Shown here one piece after another: positions 20,381 to 29,344 of a stretch of DNA of 41,300 bases (positions within the stretch are counted from its first letter, which is position 1; each line of letters opens with the position of its first letter). The stretch is from NCBI GenBank assembly GCA_048885525.1, contig JBHLLP010000005.1, positions 78,345 to 119,644 of the forward strand. The letters are read 5' to 3'. A program made the position numbers and the translations under genes. The notes below the pieces were generated by a model. It made no database searches. It was not told where the DNA came from and saw only the letters and a list, made by a program, of their open reading frames with translations. Origin of the DNA: Candidatus Hermodarchaeota archaeon (GTDB lineage: Archaea > Asgardarchaeota > Lokiarchaeia > Sigyniarchaeales > SOKP01).

Positions 20381-21010
20381 ATGTCGGATAAAACCAGAAT
20401 AAATTGGAATGTCAAAGGTGTATGGTACGAAGCGTGTGCTGCAGAGGGTCATTGTTCATTGTATTTTGGCAGAGATTTAGAGGCACCATGCAAATCTTTT
20501 CAATTATTTCAAATCAATGAGGGCAAAATTCATGATGTAGACATTAATGGAGTTTTAGTTATCCAAGTTATTGACTTATTTTCACCTAAGGCTGCCGATT
20601 TACTTGTGAAAGGTGGTGAAGGAGGCATATATATAAGTAATACTACTACTGAGGAGCAAAGAAAGTATTTGGAACCTTTTTTCATTAATAATGTACCCAG
20701 CATGTTATTGTTGAGAAAATCTTTAGGAGTTAAATATGTGGATATCAAATTAAGTCAAGAAGACAACACATACCATATTACGATGCCATATGGAGAAATG
20801 AAATTATCTTTTACACTCGGTTATGATGGAGGGCCTCAACGTCTCGAAAATTCTTTATTTAATGCATTTCTAAAGGATATAAAAATTTGTAACACACTCT
20901 TTTGGAAATATAATGATTTTGGAAAAAATTGGAAATTTATTAATAGAAGTGGTGCTATTGCTAATTTTGATCTAAAAGGTAAAATTAGGTTAGAATCTTA
21001 CTTTAAATAA
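20381..21010 (+). CDS. DUF1326-like protein
   Basis: WNVKGVWYEAC...C...I.EG...VDING...YI...TTEEQR.YL pattern; N-terminal Cys cluster partly degenerate. Confidence 0.7.
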   Translation: MSDKTRINWNVKGVWYEACAAEGHCSLYFGRDLEAPCKSFQLFQINEGKIHDVDINGVLVIQVIDLFSPKAADLLVKGGEGGIYISNTTTEEQRKYLEPFFINNVPSMLLLRKSLGVKYVDIKLSQEDNTYHITMPYGEMKLSFTLGYDGGPQRLENSLFNAFLKDIKICNTLFWKYNDFGKNWKFINRSGAIANFDLKGKIRLESYFK

Positions 21011-21304
21011 TCCTTCTATTTTACAATTTTCCAATTGAATTTTTTTTCATTTGACCCTAAGTAAATTTATTTTAGTAATTAGTTTGGGGCTTTTTACTTT
21101 ATGATTTATAAGTGTATTTGGAAACTATGTTTCTTGTGGAGTATAAAGTTAAAGTCTTATAATATGTGGATGATATATTCCTTGCATATTACACGATGTT
21201 ATAATTGACTTGAATTTTATATTACTCGGGACTATATGTTGATGGTCATAACGAGTATATTAATAAACATATCTCAATGACTTATCATAATTAAAGAGAA
21301 GAGG

Positions 21305-21619
21305 TTGTGTGTGGGAAAAATGAGTATGTATAGGTCATATTTATTGAAAAATAATTTTTGGGCAAAAAAAGGAAATGAAAAATTACCTGGAACTGAAAAA
21401 GTTTTTATCAAACATGATTCCGAAGTGGGAGGAATTTACGCAATTATTGCAAACGATAAGAAGGGAGTCAAAATTATGGCAGATGGTAGGGAATTTTTTT
21501 TTAATAACTTTGATAAACTTGATTCGTTTCTGACACGTCTTCAACAGCGAAAGGATGATTTCATGAAAATTCTTAGAAGAAAGAATATTTCACAGAAATT
21601 ACGAATGTTAGATATTTAG
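21305..21619 (+). CDS. Hypothetical basic protein
   Basis: 104-aa ORF with its own upstream region and a T-rich tract after the stop; probable start is the ATG at 21320. Confidence 0.6.
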   Translation: MCVGKMSMYRSYLLKNNFWAKKGNEKLPGTEKVFIKHDSEVGGIYAIIANDKKGVKIMADGREFFFNNFDKLDSFLTRLQQRKDDFMKILRRKNISQKLRMLDI

Positions 21620-21684
21620 GTTTTTTTCATCCCAAATTTTTTATACTTTTTTAAATGGTAAGAAGTAGATTAATTCAAATTTTA

Positions 21685-23295
21685 TTATTTCTTATAAATA
21701 GGTTGAAGCCCTGTTTGAAAATGTCTTAATCGTAATTCTGCCCCTCTAGAAATTTTTACTTTTGGGATTTTATCTCTATTTTTATAAAGTTCTGTAATCG
21801 CGGCTACAGCGTAATCTATATGAGATGTGCTATACACATTTCGCGGCATTGCAAAACGAACTAAATTCAAAATCCCTTCTCGTTGTTCTGGTGTTTTTTT
21901 ATCCCACTCAAAAGCAAAGGGACCTAATTCTACTGATCGGATACCGTAATGTTTTAGAAGTTCAATAGTAAAACCAACACCACCAAAATCATCGATTCTT
22001 ATATTCGTCCCTTCAAAAAATTTATCCATGTTTATATATACTGCATGACCGCCAGCAGGAAGTATAACTGGAATCCCATTCTCAGCAAGTTTTCTAGCAA
22101 ATTCCCTGACCTGAGTTTTTCGTTCATTTAGATAAGGTTCCTTTACAACCTCATAAAGTCCTGCTGCTAAGGCCATTATATCTCTACCACTCATCGCTCC
22201 ATAGGAATCGTTGCCAAATGTAAGAATCTGTTTTTCTTTTAACCGAATTCCAATATCCTCATCAACAGAAAACTTTCTATGGAAAAGGCCTTTATCTCTA
22301 AAGAAAAAGCCTCCACCCATATTCGCTAGACCATCTTTTTTGAAACTTATCGTAAAGCCGTCTACATATTTAAACATTTCTTGAACAACACTTTGGATTG
22401 AACGATTTTTATATCCCTCTTCAAACTCTTTTATAAAGTTAGCATTCTCGCTGAAGCGGCAAGCATCGAAGAAAAAAGGAATATTATATTTTTTAGCAAT
22501 TTCATGAACTGCTTTTATATTTTTCATTGAGACTGGTTGACCCGCTGCTGTATTATTTGTAATAGTAACATAGATTAATGGAATCGATTCAAAACCCTTA
22601 TCTTGAATAAGATTTTCAAGTCCTTCAAGATCCATATTACCTTTGAAGGGATTTTTATTATCCATTTCATCATAAGGAAAATCTTTCATTAGATCTGTTG
22701 AAAACAAATTTACAGCTTTGATACCATTTGCTACTATATTTGCCTCAGTAGTGTCGAAGTGTCCGTTATTTGGAATATAATAAGTAATATCCTTTTTTTC
22801 TTTTAAAATCGGAGCGATTGTTGAGAATAACAGATGTTCTGCACATCGTCCCTGTGGAACAATAAAAGCATTAGGGCGAATTAATTGATGAATTCCTCCA
22901 TTTACAAAACCTCCCTCATATGAAGTTAAATAAAGTTCATCGAGGAGTTTTTTTACATCTGTTTCACCAGAAAGAATTAAATCAATAGATCTTTTTGGCC
23001 TATTACCTCGTTCAAATGTGTCTCGAACAGCTTCTAAAAGAACATAATAACCCTTATTACGAGCATAAGATTCATCTCCATGGAATAAAGCTGCCCATTG
23101 ATAATCTGTCATTGTTCCAGAGCCTGAATCAGAAAGAAAATCTATAAAAATTAAATCTGCTGGAAAAGAAAACATATTATATTCGGTTTTCTCTAGTACT
23201 CGTTCGCGTTGCTCTTTTGTAACTTGTTTTATTGTACGAACTACTAAAGGTTTGTTTGCCGGGATTGGAACTCCTAACTCATCTTGCGATTTCAA
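21685..23295 (-). CDS. tnaA: Tryptophanase-like PLP beta-eliminating lyase
   Basis: IDFLSDSG, GDESYA, QGRCAE, HFDTT, TITNN.AAGQPVS, DACRF.EN, SFKKD (PLP Lys) and LRHF; FDTT and RHF favour TnaA over tyrosine phenol-lyase. Confidence 0.75.
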   Translation of the reverse strand: MKSQDELGVPIPANKPLVVRTIKQVTKEQRERVLEKTEYNMFSFPADLIFIDFLSDSGSGTMTDYQWAALFHGDESYARNKGYYVLLEAVRDTFERGNRPKRSIDLILSGETDVKKLLDELYLTSYEGGFVNGGIHQLIRPNAFIVPQGRCAEHLLFSTIAPILKEKKDITYYIPNNGHFDTTEANIVANGIKAVNLFSTDLMKDFPYDEMDNKNPFKGNMDLEGLENLIQDKGFESIPLIYVTITNNTAAGQPVSMKNIKAVHEIAKKYNIPFFFDACRFSENANFIKEFEEGYKNRSIQSVVQEMFKYVDGFTISFKKDGLANMGGGFFFRDKGLFHRKFSVDEDIGIRLKEKQILTFGNDSYGAMSGRDIMALAAGLYEVVKEPYLNERKTQVREFARKLAENGIPVILPAGGHAVYINMDKFFEGTNIRIDDFGGVGFTIELLKHYGIRSVELGPFAFEWDKKTPEQREGILNLVRFAMPRNVYSTSHIDYAVAAITELYKNRDKIPKVKISRGAELRLRHFQTGLQPIYKK

Positions 23296-23480
23296 AATCT
23301 TAAACCTACAAATTAAAATTCCAATTATTATTTTGAGTTTTTCGAAGATACTTGAATTTATAATTGTAAATCATTAAAAAATAATATGTAAAGCATAATC
23401 TAAGAATTTATCATTTGAAAAATTTAATTAAAATATTAAATATAATAATTACTAGAAGAAATTTTTAAAGAGATAATAAA

Positions 23481-25163
23481 ATGGAACTCCCTGATTATAT
23501 AAAAAATAGACTTTGGAATGATTATTTACCAGAAGGAATTACATTAGATATTGAAATTCCTGAAGATAAGTCTTTAATTGATGTATTTGAAACCGGCGCT
23601 AAAGAAAATGCCGATAAAGTAGCATTGGATTATTTCGGAAGGGAATTCACATTTGGGGAGATGGATCATTTAACAAGAAGATTTGCTAATGCCCTCCTAA
23701 AATTAGGGGTGAAAAAAGGAGAGATAGTTGCCCTTTGGTTGCCAAACAGTCCACATTTTAGTATTTGTTATTTTGCTTCTATAAGTCTTGGAGCTACAAT
23801 AACTGCAATCAGTCCCCTATTTGTAGCAAGAGAGATGAGTTATCAAATAAAAGATTCAGGTGCAAAATATCTCATTATGATTGATAGATTCTTTCGAGAA
23901 TTTAAGAAATCAGAAGATCAATTAACATTAGAAAAAGTGATTTTAGTGAATGTAGAGGGAAAGGTTCCAGATATACCTGAGACAGACAAAATAATACATT
24001 ACAACACATTGATGGATTCAAATCCTGAACCTCTTATAGATTTCAAAGTTAAAATAAACCCAAAAGAAGACGTTGCGATTATCCAATATACAGGAGGTAC
24101 AACAGGTGACCCTAAAGGTGCTGAGCTTTCTCATTACAATGCTCTATCAAATCTTATGCAAATTGGACAAGTCTCAGATTATATGAGAGAATATTATATT
24201 AAGAAAAATCTCGTGGGACTTTCTATACTCCCGTGGTACCATGTATTTGGTCAAATATGTGAACTTTTACAAGGTCCGCGTACTGGAGGCAAAGCGATTA
24301 TTTTTCCAACATTTGATATCCCTCGAATAATTGAAACTATTAAGAAAAAAGAAGCTAATTTCTTACTTGGAGTGCCCACTATGTTTATTAATATTCTAGG
24401 ATCACCTTTAAGTGAAGGTGTTGATTTTTCTAATCTTAAATATTGCAATGTAGGTGCATCTGCAATGCCTGTTGAAATTGCAAAAGAATGGGAAAAGAAG
24501 ACTGGATTTCCTTTAGGAGAGGGGTATGGTTTAAGTGAATCAACTGTATGTGTTTCAACTATGCCACCATGGGGTAAGAAAAAACTGGGAAGCTGTGGTA
24601 TTCCTATAGCTAACACATTAGTTGGGATAATTGATGAAAATCTGAATTTCTTACCAATAGGGGAACCTGGAGAATTAGTAGCATCTGGCCCTCAAATTAT
24701 GCTTGGGTATCATAATCGACCTGAAGAGAACAAGAAGGTCTTTTTTAAAGCAGGGGGTCATAGATGGCTGCGAACAGGTGATTATGCAAAATTGGATGAA
24801 GAGGGTTATATTTTCTTAATCGATAGGGTAAAAGATATGATAAAATATAAAGGGCACAGTGTTTATCCGAGAGAGATTGAGGAAGTTTTATATGAACATC
24901 CTTCAATTCAAGAATGTGTTGTTGTTGGTATTAAAGATCCAGAACGAGGCGAAAACATTATGACACATATTATTCTTAAAAAAGAATATCAAGGAAAAAT
25001 CACTGAAAAAGAAATAATCGATTGGTCTAAGGAGCAAATGGCTGCCTATAAATATCCAAGAATAGTAAAGTTTGTTCGTTCTTTACCAAAAAGCGCAGTT
25101 GGAAAAGTCCTAAGGCGTGTAATTAGAGATAAAGAAGCTAAAAAAGCAGAAAGAAGCAAATAA
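23481..25163 (+). CDS. Long-chain fatty acid--CoA ligase
   Basis: QYTGGTTGDPKG, EGYGLSE, WLRTGD, IDRVKDMIK, YPREIEEVL and LPKSAVGKVLRR motifs. Confidence 0.92.
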   Translation: MELPDYIKNRLWNDYLPEGITLDIEIPEDKSLIDVFETGAKENADKVALDYFGREFTFGEMDHLTRRFANALLKLGVKKGEIVALWLPNSPHFSICYFASISLGATITAISPLFVAREMSYQIKDSGAKYLIMIDRFFREFKKSEDQLTLEKVILVNVEGKVPDIPETDKIIHYNTLMDSNPEPLIDFKVKINPKEDVAIIQYTGGTTGDPKGAELSHYNALSNLMQIGQVSDYMREYYIKKNLVGLSILPWYHVFGQICELLQGPRTGGKAIIFPTFDIPRIIETIKKKEANFLLGVPTMFINILGSPLSEGVDFSNLKYCNVGASAMPVEIAKEWEKKTGFPLGEGYGLSESTVCVSTMPPWGKKKLGSCGIPIANTLVGIIDENLNFLPIGEPGELVASGPQIMLGYHNRPEENKKVFFKAGGHRWLRTGDYAKLDEEGYIFLIDRVKDMIKYKGHSVYPREIEEVLYEHPSIQECVVVGIKDPERGENIMTHIILKKEYQGKITEKEIIDWSKEQMAAYKYPRIVKFVRSLPKSAVGKVLRRVIRDKEAKKAERSK

Positions 25164-25270
25164 TTCATACATAGATAAGGTGAGAGATTTAACAGAATCT
25201 TCATTTTTTCCTATATGAGTTGGCTCTATTTCCATATCTGCAAAATTAGATAAAAAAGAAGTGAAAACCA

Positions 25271-26119
25271 ATGGTAGAAAAAAAGAGTAAAGAAGAATAT
25301 CAACAAGCTGGACAGGAAATATATGATAAACTACATCTGGCTACCTATCCTGTTGCAATAAAATACTATAAAAAAAAGAGTGAGATACCTCGAAATGTCA
25401 CGAGACCAGGGGCTATTGGTAAAAAAATGAGCATATGTCAAACATTCGCAATGGCAAGAAAATTTAATCAGAGTTATACAATCTCAGCTGAAGATAATTT
25501 TTGTACTCCATCTTCTGTTGGACATGGCTGGGTACCAATAACAATGGAAGAATTTGTTGAGAGTCAAGTGAAACAGGGATGGCATAAGGATGAAGCTTCT
25601 GAAAAACGGCGTGCTGAAGCATTATATAAGAAGAATTATCAAAACCTTATTGCTCTGAATTATCGAGGAATTATTGCGTCCCCATTACAAGAGACCTGCG
25701 TAATTCCAGATACAATTCTAATCTTTGGCAATGGCGCGCAGATTACTCATATTATTCATGCTCTAAATTTTGAACATAAAAAGAAATATGCAATAAGATC
25801 AGTGTTTGAAGGGTTTGGAGAGTCTTGTGGAAAGGGGGGTCTTATGCCATTTATAACTCGAAGAGCTCAAATAGTTATACCTGGGATGGGAGATCGTGCA
25901 TTCGGTGGAGTTCAGGATTATGAGATAGCAATTGGAATGCCCGGAGCGTTTATTTTCTATGTTTTACAAAATTTGTTTAAAACTGGAGGCAGACAAGGTC
26001 TTGGCTTCCCTGTACGTGCAATGATTCCTATGGGTTTAACTGAAAATCTCACCCCGGGATTTAAATATATGCGAGAAGTTATAGATAAAAAATTTAAAGA
26101 ATTAGAAGAACAAGATTAA
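25271..26119 (+). CDS. DUF169 domain protein
   Basis: L.L.TYPVAIK, SICQ...AR, DNFC, PL......PD.ILIFG, SC and PGMGDR.FGG motifs. Confidence 0.8.
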   Translation: MVEKKSKEEYQQAGQEIYDKLHLATYPVAIKYYKKKSEIPRNVTRPGAIGKKMSICQTFAMARKFNQSYTISAEDNFCTPSSVGHGWVPITMEEFVESQVKQGWHKDEASEKRRAEALYKKNYQNLIALNYRGIIASPLQETCVIPDTILIFGNGAQITHIIHALNFEHKKKYAIRSVFEGFGESCGKGGLMPFITRRAQIVIPGMGDRAFGGVQDYEIAIGMPGAFIFYVLQNLFKTGGRQGLGFPVRAMIPMGLTENLTPGFKYMREVIDKKFKELEEQD

Positions 26120-26132
26120 AGGGTGCAATGAT

Positions 26133-26602
26133 GTGGATTTTCGTTCAATGTTGATGAAAACTTTCAACAATTATCCCCCAATAGTGAAAAGATTCGGAAT
26201 GGAATTGTCTTTTGATGAGATAATCATGCTATTATTACTTTAACTTATAATTCTAATTTAGACCACGGAGAAGGGGTTGTACATGGAGGTGTCATAGCTA
26301 CTTTGTTAGATAATGCAGGATTTTTTACAAGTGCTATAGCTATCGATGGAATGGTAACAACATCCAAAATGAGCTTTCATCTCTTGTGTCTCGCTAGAAA
26401 AGTAAAATTAATTGCTACGGGTCATGTATTAAAAGTGGGAAAAAGATAAATCGTAGCAGAAATGAATTGTAAGGATGATAAAGGAAATTTAATAGCTCAT
26501 TGTACTGGAACATTCCTTATTATGACATCAAAGGAAAAAGTATTAAAAAAAATTAAAGAACATAATAAGATTAATGGAGGAAAATTAAAAAAAAATGAAT
26601 GA
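26133..26602 (+). pseudogene. PaaI-family hotdog thioesterase, frameshifted and with a premature stop
   Basis: GTG start; FNNYPPIVKRFGMELSFDE, then a 1-nt frameshift at about 26220; NHAIITL..GVVHGGVIATLLDNAG..ATGHVLKVGKR*IVAEM..KGNLIAHCTGTF with TAA at 26447-26449. Confidence 0.82.
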
Positions 26603-26636
26603 ATTTGTGGAAAAATTATTACCTGAAAAAGCAGAG

Positions 26637-26652
26637 AACCATTATAATGGTT
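26637..26652. promoter_or_regulatory. Perfect 16-bp palindrome AACCATTATAATGGTT next to TATA-like boxes upstream of hypD
   Basis: Exact dyad symmetry, overlapped and followed by TTATAAAT (26651) and TTTATATA (26660). Confidence 0.5.
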
Positions 26653-26782
26653 ATAAATTTTTATATAACTAAACACACGCAATAGTGAGTGAAGCAGAAG
26701 ATATAAAAAATACTTTTTTATAAGGTTCATTCTTTATTCTCAATAATTATGGGATTTTAATTTTTTAGATTATAACAAAAAT

Positions 26783-29143
26783 ATGAATGAACGAATAGAG
26801 AAGTTACGCAAGCAAAGTCGTGAAGCTATTCCTTATATTTCTTTAGAGCGAGCATCACTAATTACTAAATTTTATAAAAGTGGTTCTGCTAATAAATTTT
26901 CTGCTCCAGTTGCCAGAGCAAAGGCATTTGAATACATTTTGGAAAATAAAAAGATTTGTATTAATGAGGGAGAATTAATAGTAGGAGAACGTGGTCCTGA
27001 ACCGAAAGCGACACCTACTTATCCCGAAGTTTGTTGTCATAGTTTAAATGATTTAGATATCTTGAACACACGTGATAAAATTTCTTTTAAGGTATCTGAA
27101 GATACAAGACAAAAGACAGCAGATAAAATTATTCCCTTTTGGAAAGGAACATCTATTCGTGATAAGATTTTTTCTAAAGTTGATAATGAGTGGATTGATG
27201 CATATGAAGCAGGGATTTTTACAGAATTTATGGAACAAAGAGCACCTGGACATACAGTTGCCGGAAAAAACATATGGCATAAGGGATTCTTAGATTTTAA
27301 GCAAGAAATAAAAGTAAGTATTGAAAGTTTAGATTTTTACAATGATCCTGAAGCATATAATAAGAGAGAACAGTTAATCGCAATGAATATCGCTGCAGAT
27401 GCAATTATTGCTTTTGCTGAACGCCATTCTCAAGAAGCTAAACAACGGGCTAGCCAAGAACTAGATCCAATAAGGAAAACTGAGTTAGAGAAGATCTCAG
27501 AGATATGTTCTCACGTTCCTGCGCATGTTCCACGGACTTTTTGGGAGGCACTTCAACATTATTGGTTCATTCATTTAGGTGTTATTACTGAATATAATAC
27601 ATGGGACTCATTCAATCCAGGGCGTTTAGACCAGCATCTGTATCCCTTCTATAAAGAGGATATAGCAAATGGAATATTGACTAAGGAAGATGCGATAGAA
27701 TTACTTCAAGCTTTTTGGATCAAGTTCAATAATCAACCAGCTCCTCCTAAAGTGGGAGTTACTGCTGAAGAAAGCAGTACATATACCGATTTTTGCAATA
27801 TTAACATTGGTGGACTTAAAGAGGATGGTTTTGATGGAGTCAATGAAATGTCCTACATGCTATTAGATGTAATTGAAGAAATGAGGATAGTCCAGCCAAG
27901 TAGTAATGTTCAAATTAGTTCAAAAACTCCAGATAGATTCTTAAAAAGAGCCCTTGAAATTGTTAAAACTGGTTTTGGACAACCGTCTGTTTTCAATTGC
28001 GATGCAGTAATTCAAGAATTGACTAGGCAAGGTAAGTCCATATTAGATGCCCGAAACGGTGGAACAAGTGGTTGTATTGAGTCTGGTGCTTTTGGAAAAG
28101 AAGCATATATATTAACTGGATATTTTAATTTAGTGAAAATTTTGGAAGTTACGCTTCATAATGGTTTTGATACTCTCACTAAGAAACAGATTGGATTGAA
28201 GACTGGTGATCCTATATCTTTTGAGACTTTTGATGATTTCTTTGAAACCTATAAAAAACAGGTTATCCATTTTGTAGATATTAAGATTAAGGGGAATCAA
28301 ATAATTGAAAGAATTTGGGCAGAAAATCCAGCACCTTTTTTATCCATTTTGATTGATGATTGTATCAAGAATAGAAAGGATTATAATGATGGAGGGGCAA
28401 AATATAATACATCTTATATTCAAATTGTAGGAATGGGAAGTATTACTGATTGTTTAGCTTCTTTGAAGTATAACGTATTTGATAAGAAAATCATCTCAAT
28501 GGAAGATCTAATTAAAGCCTTAGACAATAATTTTAACGGATATGAAGTTTTACATCAGAAATTACTCTATAAAACTCCTAAATATGGGAATGATGATAAT
28601 TATGCTGATAAAATAACCACTCAAGTTTTTGAAATTGTTTATAATGCTATTGATAATCGCCCTAACACTAAAGGCGGTGTACACCGGATAAATCTACTTC
28701 CTACAACAGTGCATGTTTACTTTGGTCAGGTGACAGGTGCTACACCAGATGGACGTAAAGCATATACTCCCTTATCAGAAGGTATTTCTCCAGTTCAAGG
28801 AATGGATATTAATGGTCCAACGGCGGTTATTAAATCAGCAGGTAAAATAGATCATCTCAGGACAGGAGGAACTTTACTAAATCAAAAATTTGCACCTCAG
28901 TTTTTTTCAGAAGAAAATAAGATTAATAAATTAGCTCATTTAATCAGAGCATATTTTGAAATGGATGGTCATCATATACAATTTAATGTAGTATCAGTGG
29001 ATACATTACGAGCTGCACAGAAAAATCCCGAAAAATATAGAGACTTAATTGTACGAGTTGCTGGATATAGTGATTATTTTGTGAACCTAGGTCTCGATTT
29101 ACAGGATGAAATTATTAGAAGAACCGAGCAAATCGCAATATAA
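26783..29143 (+). CDS. hypD: Glycyl radical enzyme, trans-4-hydroxy-L-proline dehydratase
   Basis: RVAGYS Gly loop and SGCIE Cys loop; HypD-type segments PTYPEVCCH, FTEFMEQRAPGHTV, WDSF, KFNNQPAPPKVG, ESSTYTDF, KEAYILTGY and LPTT.H. Confidence 0.88.
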   Translation: MNERIEKLRKQSREAIPYISLERASLITKFYKSGSANKFSAPVARAKAFEYILENKKICINEGELIVGERGPEPKATPTYPEVCCHSLNDLDILNTRDKISFKVSEDTRQKTADKIIPFWKGTSIRDKIFSKVDNEWIDAYEAGIFTEFMEQRAPGHTVAGKNIWHKGFLDFKQEIKVSIESLDFYNDPEAYNKREQLIAMNIAADAIIAFAERHSQEAKQRASQELDPIRKTELEKISEICSHVPAHVPRTFWEALQHYWFIHLGVITEYNTWDSFNPGRLDQHLYPFYKEDIANGILTKEDAIELLQAFWIKFNNQPAPPKVGVTAEESSTYTDFCNINIGGLKEDGFDGVNEMSYMLLDVIEEMRIVQPSSNVQISSKTPDRFLKRALEIVKTGFGQPSVFNCDAVIQELTRQGKSILDARNGGTSGCIESGAFGKEAYILTGYFNLVKILEVTLHNGFDTLTKKQIGLKTGDPISFETFDDFFETYKKQVIHFVDIKIKGNQIIERIWAENPAPFLSILIDDCIKNRKDYNDGGAKYNTSYIQIVGMGSITDCLASLKYNVFDKKIISMEDLIKALDNNFNGYEVLHQKLLYKTPKYGNDDNYADKITTQVFEIVYNAIDNRPNTKGGVHRINLLPTTVHVYFGQVTGATPDGRKAYTPLSEGISPVQGMDINGPTAVIKSAGKIDHLRTGGTLLNQKFAPQFFSEENKINKLAHLIRAYFEMDGHHIQFNVVSVDTLRAAQKNPEKYRDLIVRVAGYSDYFVNLGLDLQDEIIRRTEQIAI

Positions 29144-29232
29144 CACTTCATTTTTTGAATTCTATTTATATTTGTTTAAATTCAAAAAATCCAATATTAA
29201 AGCCTAGGAGGTCATTACTCTCATTTTGATTT

Positions 29233-29307
29233 ATTTATGTACCTATTCAGTACATAAATTTATAAATGATTATTACTTATTAATCTATAGGTACATGATC
29301 GGTACAT
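29233..29307. promoter_or_regulatory. Putative operator array (four GTAC boxes) flanking a TATA box upstream of the GTPase-RHH gene
   Basis: ATTTATGTAC-N7-GTACATAAAT (29233-29259); TTTATAAA at 29259-29266; GGTACAT at 29290 and 29301; SD GAGGTG at 29331-29336. Confidence 0.6.
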
Positions 29308-29344
29308 ATAATTATTTATAAAATAAAAAAGAGGTGCAAAGATA

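Noticed and set aside
8268-26602. A single beta-oxidation operon
   Set aside because: The dehydrogenases, crotonase and CoA ligase are dispersed on both strands among unrelated genes, as expected from paralog expansion.
26497-26730. 77-aa hydrophobic minus-strand ORF
   Set aside because: It is the antisense of the A-rich PaaI tail and the hypD promoter; its hydrophobicity is a composition artefact.
26783-29143. Pyruvate formate-lyase or alkylsuccinate synthase call for the glycyl radical enzyme
   Set aside because: It has a single Cys in GCIE (PFL has CC), no small subunits nearby, and the HypD-type residues are present.
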